From an uncultured Clostridia bacterium (GTDB lineage Bacteria; Bacillota; Clostridia; Christensenellales; UBA1242), in the NCBI GenBank assembly GCA_944381215.1, contig CALWKF010000006.1:6473-70472 (forward strand): a DNA stretch of 64,000 bases, written 5' to 3'. Below, piece by piece: positions 10,836 to 17,856 of this stretch (positions within the stretch are counted from its first letter, which is position 1; every line of letters starts with the position of its first letter). Made by a program: the position numbers and the translations under genes. The notes below the pieces were generated by a model. It was given only the letters and a program-made list of their open reading frames with translations, did not search any database and had not been told where the DNA came from.

Positions 10836-11156
10836 ATGGATGTTAAAGATATAGATGCAAAAGAATTAATAAAAAGATTAATATTTTTTAGAAATAGAGC
10901 GAAATTGACCAAACGCAAGCTATCAATTTTAATTGGCAAAGCCCCTAGTTATATGGCGCATTTGGAAAATTCACAAGCTTTTACCCCTTCATTTGAGGCA
11001 CTTTGTGATATTTTATTTGTTTGCGAAGTATCGCTGGAAGAGTTTTTCAGCCCCAACTACGAAAACTACGAACGCGACAAAGAACTGCGTGAAATCATTC
11101 AAAACGCTCAGACGGACAAAAAGGACTTGGCTCTATCGGTTTTAAAATCGCGATAA
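10836..11156 (+). CDS. XRE-family HTH transcriptional regulator (tandem paralog 1)
   Basis: HTH_3-like core (RAKLTKRKLSILIGKAPSYMAHLENSQAFTPSFEALCDI). I moved the start to the ATG at 10836, which has an AAAGGTGG RBS. It is a paralog of the next gene. Confidence 0.75.
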   Translation: MDVKDIDAKELIKRLIFFRNRAKLTKRKLSILIGKAPSYMAHLENSQAFTPSFEALCDILFVCEVSLEEFFSPNYENYERDKELREIIQNAQTDKKDLALSVLKSR

Positions 11157-11198
11157 AAATTAAGGCTATTTAGACGAAGATAAGGTTGAGGTGAAGAA

Positions 11199-11507
11199 AT
11201 GGAAATCAATGAGTTAGTGGAAAGGCTTGGGTACATTAGGACCAGGGCGAACCTGTCCGCAAGAAAGTTGTCCCTGCTGATTGGCAAGACTGAAGGGTAT
11301 ATTCACAATTTGGAGCAAGCGCGTTCGTTTGCCCCTACATTTGAGACGCTTTGCGATATTTTGCGGGTGTGCAACGTAACTTTTGAAGAGTTTTTCTACC
11401 CTAAAATTGAGGACTACCGCAAGGACAAGGAGTTACTGGACCTATTAAAGACTGCCCCGAAAGAAAAGCGCGACATTGCACTGGCTATACTAAAACTTAG
11501 CAATTAA
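11199..11507 (+). CDS. XRE-family HTH transcriptional regulator (tandem paralog 2)
   Basis: 102-aa ORF with a GAGGTG RBS. It aligns with the previous protein over its whole length (RANLSARKLSLLIGKTEGYIHNLEQARSFAPTFETLCDILRVCNVTFEEFF). Confidence 0.75.
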   Translation: MEINELVERLGYIRTRANLSARKLSLLIGKTEGYIHNLEQARSFAPTFETLCDILRVCNVTFEEFFYPKIEDYRKDKELLDLLKTAPKEKRDIALAILKLSN

Positions 11508-11532
11508 GCCACGAACTCTGCGCAAAAACAAT

Positions 11533-11554
11533 TGCATAGTACTATGCATAGTAC
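11533..11554. repeat. perfect 16-bp palindrome TGCATAGTACTATGCA plus an overlapping extra half-site
   Basis: The sequence reads TGCATAGTACTATGCATAGTAC and lies 26 nt after the XRE paralog 2 stop codon. Confidence 0.9.
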
Positions 11555-11602
11555 CCCCACACCCTAATAAAATTTTTAATTAATTCCAAATTTTTAATAA
11601 AT

Positions 11603-11638
11603 AAACAAAAAACATACCAAAAAGTATGTTTTTTGTTT
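11603..11638 (+). terminator. bidirectional rho-independent terminator
   Basis: AAACAAAAAACATAC-caaaaa-GTATGTTTTTTGTTT: perfect 15-bp arms and T-runs on both strands. It sits between the convergent XRE genes and tkt. Confidence 0.75.
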
Positions 11639-11640
11639 AT

Positions 11641-11833
11641 AAAGTGGATGAGATTCTTCGTCTAAAGGCTTCGTGGGTCGAGGCTCAGGATGCCTTCCCG
11701 CTTGCGGGAAGTCTGGCGCGTGAACGATTGGCACAATTAGAAACGAATACTCTCGCGCCAGCCAAAGTGTCCGCTTAAAGTGGATGAGATTCTTCGTCAA
11801 GGGGCGTTGCGGGTCGAGGCTCAGGATGACCAA
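11641..11833 (+). repeat. mosaic repeat locus A (DR - X module - DR)
   Basis: Two ~52-bp direct units (AAAGTGGATGAGATTCTTCGTC...GGGTCGAGGCTCAGGATG) flank an 84-bp X module. The X module is CCTTCCCGCTTGCGGGAAG, then TCTGGCGCG, 33 nt, CGCGCCAG. Confidence 0.9.
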
Positions 11834-11843
11834 GTAAATTTTA

Positions 11844-13811
11844 TTATATAACCGAGTCGATGTAGGTGCGGTTGTCCTTGATTAATTTGTCCATAATTTT
11901 TACAATATTGGGCAGAGTCAGGCCGAAGTGCGCGTAAAGGTCCTTGGGGCTACCGCTCATTCCGAACTCGTCGACGCCCAAGACGTACCCTGTGTCCCCT
12001 GCCACCCGATACCAGCCAGCAGTCGTACCCGCCTCGATGACCAATCTACATTTCATATTTTTAGGCAACACTTTCTCGATGTACTTTTTGTCTTGTTTAA
12101 AGAACAGGTTGCGCTCTGGCATGGACACGACACGAATGGAAAAGCCGTCGTGCTCGATAATTTCCTGCGCCTTTAAGGCTAGTTCAACCTCGCTCCCTGT
12201 GGCAATAATAATGCCGTGAAGTTCCTTTTTATCGCGCTCGGGGCTGATAATATACCCGCCAAGCATTGCTAAATTAGAGTCGGAGCCCTTTAAAATCGGG
12301 AGTTTTTGCCTGGACAAAATTAGAGCTGTCGGGGCGTTACTCTCGAGGGCAAGCCTGTATCCAGCCACTGTTTCGTTCGCGTCGCAAGGCCTAAATACGT
12401 TTAGGTTTGGAATCAGCCTGAGGCTCTCGATTTGCTCAACGGGCTCGTGCGTGGTGCCGTCCTCACCCACTGCGATGCTGTCGTGCGTGAACACGAAAAT
12501 TTCACGCAGGCGCATAATGGCCGACATGCGAATTGCGTAGCGCATATAGTCAGAGAACACCAAGAAGGTCGAGCAAAATGGTAGCCACTCGCCGTGCAAG
12601 GCAAGTCCGTTGGTAATCGCGCCCATTGCGTGCTCGCGCACCCCGAAGGCGATGTTTCTGCCTGTGATTTGATAATCGCTGTCGACAATTTTCGCAAGCG
12701 TGCTTTTACTCAAATCGGCGGTGCCCCCGATGAGATTGGGTAAAGTTTTTGCAATTGCGTTCAGCACACGGCTACTTGCCTCGCGCGTGGACATATCCTC
12801 ATTAAACTTTAACGAGCCAAGTTTTGAGAGGGCTTTTTTCGTGTTTATTGTGAGTTCGCGGGAGCGAATTGGGTACTTTACGGCGTACTTGGAGCGCAAT
12901 TTCTTCCAATCATTGTAGACTTTCACCTTTTCATCCACAAGTTTTTTGCAGAACGCATAGACATCGGCATCGACCCTAAAAGGCGTGGTGTCGAGCCCGA
13001 ACCTGCGGATAGTTTCGTTCATGGTGTCGGTGTCAAAGGGGTTTGAGTGGCACTTTTCGCTGTCGGCAAAGGGACTGCCGTAGCCGATTGTAGTCTCGCA
13101 TATAATCAAGGTCGGCTGAGTTGCCTTTTTAGCATCAAGAATTGCATCGAGAATTTTTTGGTAGTCGTTGCCGTTCTCGACGACCTTGACATTCCAATCA
13201 ACAGCCTCGAAGCGCGCGCGGACATCGTCGGGGAAAGTGATATTGGTTCGGCCGTCTAGGGAAACGTGGTTGCAGTCGTAGAGCACAATCAGTTTATTTA
13301 GTGCGTTTCTGCCAGCGAAGGAGGCGGACTCGTAACTGATGCCCTCCATTAAGTCGCCGTCGCCAACTATACAATAGGTGTAATGGTCGTAGATTGGGTA
13401 CTTCGGCTCGTTGTACCGCTCGAGCATTTTCTCAGCCAGTGCGAGGCCTACGGCGTTTGCAAAGCCTTGGCCCAAGGCCCCCGTGCTAGCGTCCACTCCT
13501 GGGGTTGTGATTTCGGGATGGCCTGGGGTGTTGCTACCAAATTGCCTAAAATTCTGCAAATCCTCCTTTTTTAGGAAGCCGAAAAGGTGCATTGCCGAAT
13601 ATAACAGCGCGCTACCATGCCCAGCACTCAGCACGATTCGGTCGCGGTTTGGGTAGTTTGGGTCGCCAGGAGTAAAGACCGCCGATTTAAACACTGCGTA
13701 CATCATTGGTGCAGCGTCGAGAATGATGCCCGTGTGCCCTGAGTTTGCGGATACCACGGCATTTAGGCCGAGTTTTCGCATTGTGTTGATAATTTTTTGT
13801 TCGATTTCCAT
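11844..13811 (-). CDS. tkt: transketolase
   Basis: Full-length match to transketolase motifs (SGHTGIILDAAP, GDGDLMEGISYE, GEDGTTHEPVEQ). I moved the start to the ATG at 13811 (MEIEQK), which has an AAGGGGG RBS. Confidence 0.9.
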   Translation of the reverse strand: MEIEQKIINTMRKLGLNAVVSANSGHTGIILDAAPMMYAVFKSAVFTPGDPNYPNRDRIVLSAGHGSALLYSAMHLFGFLKKEDLQNFRQFGSNTPGHPEITTPGVDASTGALGQGFANAVGLALAEKMLERYNEPKYPIYDHYTYCIVGDGDLMEGISYESASFAGRNALNKLIVLYDCNHVSLDGRTNITFPDDVRARFEAVDWNVKVVENGNDYQKILDAILDAKKATQPTLIICETTIGYGSPFADSEKCHSNPFDTDTMNETIRRFGLDTTPFRVDADVYAFCKKLVDEKVKVYNDWKKLRSKYAVKYPIRSRELTINTKKALSKLGSLKFNEDMSTREASSRVLNAIAKTLPNLIGGTADLSKSTLAKIVDSDYQITGRNIAFGVREHAMGAITNGLALHGEWLPFCSTFLVFSDYMRYAIRMSAIMRLREIFVFTHDSIAVGEDGTTHEPVEQIESLRLIPNLNVFRPCDANETVAGYRLALESNAPTALILSRQKLPILKGSDSNLAMLGGYIISPERDKKELHGIIIATGSEVELALKAQEIIEHDGFSIRVVSMPERNLFFKQDKKYIEKVLPKNMKCRLVIEAGTTAGWYRVAGDTGYVLGVDEFGMSGSPKDLYAHFGLTLPNIVKIMDKLIKDNRTYIDSVI

Positions 13812-13847
13812 ACTTACCCCCTTAACCAAAAAGGCACGCCTATTATT

Positions 13848-14384
13848 TTACGCGCGCCCTTTTTCCTTTGTAACTTTTTTAAAAAATTTGTTGATTGCCT
13901 TTAAGAGTTTTTTGACAGCCTTCGACTCCTTATACGCGCTACAATTCAGCACGATGTCGCTCTTCTCCACATAGGCTTTGTCGCGCTCGGTAAAGGCGAT
14001 ACTATTTAGTTCCTCATCAATGTAGTCGCCCGAAAACTTGCATCGCTTTTCGAAAAACTTGGGTGAAATTTGCAAGTAGACGATGTAACTCGTGCTGACA
14101 ATCTTTTCGAAATTGTCGTGCGAAAACATCTCGGTGGGATTCATACAAATAACCGTATTTTCAAACGTGGTAACATTTTTTACGACACGGTTTTCGCAGT
14201 CCTCGATGTACTTCTGCCCTGCGGTGTCGCCAAGGGTGTCGATAATGTGGTGCTCATCACCGAGCTCGAACTCCACCATTTCGTCGACATTGACGTAGAA
14301 CATTTCGAGTTTATCTGCTAACTGTTTTGCCACACTGTTTGCGTAGTTGTCCAAAAGACAAATAAGGGCGATATTTGATTTCAT
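13848..14384 (-). CDS. shikimate-kinase-like protein with degenerate P-loop (function unknown)
   Basis: 178-aa ORF with a GGAGTG RBS. Its N-terminus aligns by eye with AroK (IALICLLDNYANSVAKQLADKLEMFYVNVDEMVE versus IVLIGFMGSGKSTVG..L....FID.D..IE), but the GxxGxGKS/T motif is absent. Confidence 0.4.
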   Translation of the reverse strand: MKSNIALICLLDNYANSVAKQLADKLEMFYVNVDEMVEFELGDEHHIIDTLGDTAGQKYIEDCENRVVKNVTTFENTVICMNPTEMFSHDNFEKIVSTSYIVYLQISPKFFEKRCKFSGDYIDEELNSIAFTERDKAYVEKSDIVLNCSAYKESKAVKKLLKAINKFFKKVTKEKGRA

Positions 14385-14464
14385 TTGCTCACTCCACTAT
14401 TATGTAATTAGAATATACCAAATTTTTTTGAATTTAGCAAACAAAATGATACAAATTACGAAAT

Positions 14465-15130
14465 TTAACGCAATTCGCAGGCTGGCACCCATTTTTGTGC
14501 GACCGAAACGAAGTGTTTTACGGTCTCGATTTTGTGTGGCTCGGGGGCGTTAGCCAGAAGTTTTGGCTTGTTGTATTGTTGCAGAATGTACTTTTTCGCG
14601 CCCGCGATACTCTTTGCCATTTCCTCGATATCATTTTCAGTCAGGTCTGGGGTTACGGTCGTGCGGAACTCGTACTCTACTCCGCTGTTTTTAATCAACT
14701 CGATACTCTCTGCCACCCGCTCTATTTTATTTCTAGACAGGGTGATTTGGGAGAGCTTGGATATTGGGGCCTTGATATCCATGGCGATATAGTCAACTAA
14801 ATTGTTGCCTATCAACTCCGCCAGCATTTCGGGGTTCGTGCCGTTTGTATCCAGTTTGACATCAAAGCCCATTTCCTTTATTTTGCGAATAGTTTGGGGC
14901 AAATCTGCGTGAATTGTGGGTTCGCCACCGCAAATTACCACCCCGTCGACGAGGCCTTTTCGGGTGCTCAAAAACTCGAAAAACTCCTGTGTTAAGTCGG
15001 CATTTTCGTGTAGCAGGTCTGCATTTTGGCAGTACCAGCACGACCAGTTGCACCCGTGCGTGAAAGCAACAGTGGCGATGTGCCTAGGATAATCGATGAA
15101 AGAATTTTTGATAAATTTGACGATTTTCAT
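14465..15130 (-). CDS. nrdG: anaerobic ribonucleoside-triphosphate reductase activating protein (radical SAM)
   Basis: CNWSCWYCQN radical-SAM cluster motif. It sits directly downstream of nrdD with a 1-nt gap. Confidence 0.9.
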   Translation of the reverse strand: MKIVKFIKNSFIDYPRHIATVAFTHGCNWSCWYCQNADLLHENADLTQEFFEFLSTRKGLVDGVVICGGEPTIHADLPQTIRKIKEMGFDVKLDTNGTNPEMLAELIGNNLVDYIAMDIKAPISKLSQITLSRNKIERVAESIELIKNSGVEYEFRTTVTPDLTENDIEEMAKSIAGAKKYILQQYNKPKLLANAPEPHKIETVKHFVSVAQKWVPACELR

Positions 15131-15131
15131 A

Positions 15132-17285
15132 CTACACGGCCGCCGCGGAAATGCCGTTTTGCTCGCGGTGGAGTTGCTCTAATTCATCGTTATCCAAGAG
15201 TTCGCTGGGTTTAATCACGAATTTTTTGCGGTCAAAGTACTCGGCTTGCTTTGATTTATTGAAGTCCTTTACGCAACGGAAGTAGCCGACAACGCGCGAC
15301 CACACCTCGGCCTCTTTCCCACAGTGCGGGCATGTAAAGTGCTCGCCAGCGATGTAGCCGTGCTCGGGGCACACGCTGAATGTGGGGGTAATACTGATAT
15401 ACGGCATTTTGTTGTTGGTGAAAATCTTGCGGATGAGTGCCTTGCACGTTTCCCTGTCGGTGATGCGCTCGCCAAGGTACAGATGTAGCACGGTCCCTCC
15501 TGTGTACATCGATTGCAGTTCGTCTTGGAGCCTTACGACCTCGAAAATGTCGTCGGTGTAGCCCACGGGGATTTGGGTAGAGTTTGTATAATATGGCTCG
15601 GCATCCCCAGAGGTGATAATGTCGGGAAAACGCGCCTTGTCAAGACGAGCAAGTCTTGCTGACACACCTTCGGCGGGAGTGGCCTCGAGGTTATACTGGT
15701 TCCCCGTTTCCTTTTGGTACTCGACCATTTTATCCCGAAGCGCGTTCATGACTTCAATCGCAAACTCCTGGCCCTCGGGAGTTGTAATGTCCTTGCCAAG
15801 TAGATTCAGCAGGGCCTCGTTCATTCCGTTCACGCCGATTGTAGCAAAGTGGTTGGCCCAGTACTGCCCGCTACGCTCCTTTACGGGGCGCAGGTAAAAG
15901 GCGGAGTACGGGTAAAGCCCGTTGTCAGTTTGGTGTTCGATAACCTTGCGCTTTATCTCGAGGCTGGTTTTAGCAAGGTCTGCCATTTTGAGCGTGCGCT
16001 CGATAAACTCCTCCTTGGTTTTGCTCAGGTACCCGATGCGAGGCAAGTTGATAGTAACCACGCCAATCGAGCCAGTTAAGGGGTTGGAGCCGAACAGCCC
16101 GCCCCCGCGCTTGCGCAGTTCCGAGAGGTCGAGGCGGAGTCTACAACACATGGACAGCGCGTCCTCGGGGCTCAAAGTCGAGTTTATATAGTTTGCAAAA
16201 TACGGAATGCCGTATTTACAAGTCATGTCCATGACCGCGTTGAATACGGGGCTGTCCCAGTCGAGGTCCTTGGTAATATTGATTGTTGGAATCGGGAATG
16301 TGAAAATTCGGCCGTTTGCATCGCCCTGCATCATGACCTCGCATAAGGCCATGTTAAACATGTCCATTTCCTTTTGGAACTCGCCGTATGTGCGGTCCTG
16401 TGGCACCCCGCCGATAATTACGGGGCGGTCTTTTAGGAGCGAGTGCACCTTGATATCGAGGGTGATGTTGCTAAACGGGCACTGAAAGCCTACACGGGTC
16501 GCCACATTCATGTTAAACACCCAGCCTTGTAGTAGTTGCTTTACCTCATCGTAGTCGAGGTTGTCGTACGCGATAAATGGTGCGCAGTAGGTGTCGAAAC
16601 TGCTCCATGCCTGTGCGCCCGCACTCTCCCCCTGCAAGGTAAACGTAGCGTTTGTGATTTGACCCAAGAAACTGCGGAGATGCTTTGGCGGATTTGAGGA
16701 GACCTTTCCAGGAACTCCCGTAAAGCCAAGAGTCAAAATCTGCGCGAGGTCCCAGCCGACACAATAACTCCCGAAGAAGCCAAGGTCATGGAGGTGTATG
16801 TCGCCGCTGAGGTGCGCTTCCCTAACGTCGCCTGGGTAGACCTCGTTTAGCCAGTAGTTTTTGGTAAACTCCTCACGGACGTAGTTATTTAAGCCCGCAA
16901 CCGAGCGTTGCATGTTCGCGTTCTCCTTGGTCGCCCAGTCGGTGTCGTCGATGTACTTGTCAAAAAGGTCGATCGTCGCCCCAATTAGTGCGTTCTTTTC
17001 GCGCGCGGTCTTGCGCTTCTCCCTATATAATATATAAGCCTTTGCTGTCTGCGAATGCCTGTTGTCGATTAGGGTGTACTCCACTGCATCTTGAATCTGC
17101 TCAACAGTGGGCACACGATCGCCGACTCTCTTTTTTAGCAACTCAACGACCTTTTTTGCTAACTCCATTGCTGTGTCGTAGTCACTGCCGTTGCATGCAA
17201 CTGCGGCCTTGTAAATGGCATCTGCGATTTTCTTGATGTTAAACTCTTGGTAAGTGCCATCTCTTTTTAATACTTGCCCACTCAT
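15132..17285 (-). CDS. nrdD: anaerobic ribonucleoside-triphosphate reductase, class III
   Basis: N-terminal ATP-cone, a C-terminal Zn-ribbon CPHCG and the glycyl-radical region RVVGYFR. I moved the start to the ATG at 17285, which has an AAAGGAGA RBS. The track start at 17291 is a TTG. Confidence 0.93.
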   Translation of the reverse strand: MSGQVLKRDGTYQEFNIKKIADAIYKAAVACNGSDYDTAMELAKKVVELLKKRVGDRVPTVEQIQDAVEYTLIDNRHSQTAKAYILYREKRKTAREKNALIGATIDLFDKYIDDTDWATKENANMQRSVAGLNNYVREEFTKNYWLNEVYPGDVREAHLSGDIHLHDLGFFGSYCVGWDLAQILTLGFTGVPGKVSSNPPKHLRSFLGQITNATFTLQGESAGAQAWSSFDTYCAPFIAYDNLDYDEVKQLLQGWVFNMNVATRVGFQCPFSNITLDIKVHSLLKDRPVIIGGVPQDRTYGEFQKEMDMFNMALCEVMMQGDANGRIFTFPIPTINITKDLDWDSPVFNAVMDMTCKYGIPYFANYINSTLSPEDALSMCCRLRLDLSELRKRGGGLFGSNPLTGSIGVVTINLPRIGYLSKTKEEFIERTLKMADLAKTSLEIKRKVIEHQTDNGLYPYSAFYLRPVKERSGQYWANHFATIGVNGMNEALLNLLGKDITTPEGQEFAIEVMNALRDKMVEYQKETGNQYNLEATPAEGVSARLARLDKARFPDIITSGDAEPYYTNSTQIPVGYTDDIFEVVRLQDELQSMYTGGTVLHLYLGERITDRETCKALIRKIFTNNKMPYISITPTFSVCPEHGYIAGEHFTCPHCGKEAEVWSRVVGYFRCVKDFNKSKQAEYFDRKKFVIKPSELLDNDELEQLHREQNGISAAAV

Positions 17286-17320
17286 AATCAATTCTCCTTT
17301 GTTTTTTATTTTACATTATA

Positions 17321-17349
17321 ATTATATAAAATACTATATATTGTGTCAA
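17321..17349 (-). promoter_or_regulatory. sigma-A type promoter of nrdDG (TTGACA-17 nt-TATAAT)
   Basis: On the minus strand the sequence reads TTGACA caatatatagtatttta TATAAT. The -35 is at 17349..17344 and the -10 at 17326..17321, about 35 nt upstream of the RBS. Confidence 0.7.
17331..17346. promoter_or_regulatory. NrdR box 1 (overlaps the -35/spacer of the nrdD promoter)
   Basis: The reverse complement of atactatatattgtgt is ACACAATATATAGTAT, which fits the 16-bp NrdR-box palindrome acaCwAtATaTwGtgt. Confidence 0.7.
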
Positions 17350-17363
17350 ACTAATTAAGCCAC

Positions 17364-17379
17364 ACACAACATATTGTGT
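17364..17379. promoter_or_regulatory. NrdR box 2
   Basis: ACACAACATATTGTGT. Its centre lies 33 bp from box 1, which is the usual tandem arrangement. Confidence 0.7.
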
Positions 17380-17796
17380 TAAGTTTGTGCAAAGCATACA
17401 AAAATGCCTTAGTTTTAGCAATTTATAAAAATTCAAAATATTAATAAAATTAACCGTTTTGCGAATAGTTAAAAGGCAAATATCTAAAAAATTTTTTATA
17501 AATATAAAGAAAATTTTATAAAATTTACACTACTAAAGTTATCCACATTTTTGTTTTTTTGTGTGGAAAAGTACTTTTTAATAAAAATTTTTAATTTTTC
17601 GTGATACAAATTTGTGTTTTTTGAATTTTTTAGTGGTGTGAAAGGATAATATATAGTGCCCTTACACTCTTTTATGTCCACCTTTATAAATTATTTTTAG
17701 TTTTATGCTTTTGTTTTGTGTTTTTTAGTTTATATTTGGTGTTTGTGTTTTTATCTATTTTTTGATTTATAATAGCTTGCTATTCAATTCCCTGCA

Positions 17797-17830
17797 AATA
17801 AAAAGGAAAAAGACCCGAATAGGTCTTTTC
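17797..17830 (-). terminator. rho-independent terminator of the MBL-fold gene
   Basis: Minus strand: AAAAGACC-tattcg-GGTCTTTT followed by TCCTTTTTATT. Confidence 0.75.
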
Positions 17831-17856
17831 ATTCAGATAATATACTTTTTTATGTA

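Noticed and set aside
10836-11507. The tandem small genes as a toxin-antitoxin pair
   Set aside because: Both proteins are full-length paralogous XRE HTH regulators with the same C-terminal extension, and neither resembles a toxin.
11641-11833. A hammerhead or other small self-cleaving ribozyme in the DR unit (GATGAG ... CGAAGG-like strings)
   Set aside because: I checked both strands for the CUGANGA ... GAAA core with three flanking helices. The plus strand has GGAUGAG without the CU, and the minus strand has CUGAG(C/U)(C/G), which lacks G8/A9. There are no consistent stems and no covariation between unit subtypes.
17292-17320. A cobalamin or other riboswitch upstream of nrdD
   Set aside because: The leader from the predicted promoter to the RBS is only ~30 nt, so regulation is explained by the NrdR boxes.
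17496-17681. A 61-aa ORF in the 565-bp AT-rich region upstream of nrdD
   Set aside because: It has a Lys/Asn/Phe-rich composition typical of translated AT-rich spacer, no RBS and no motif.
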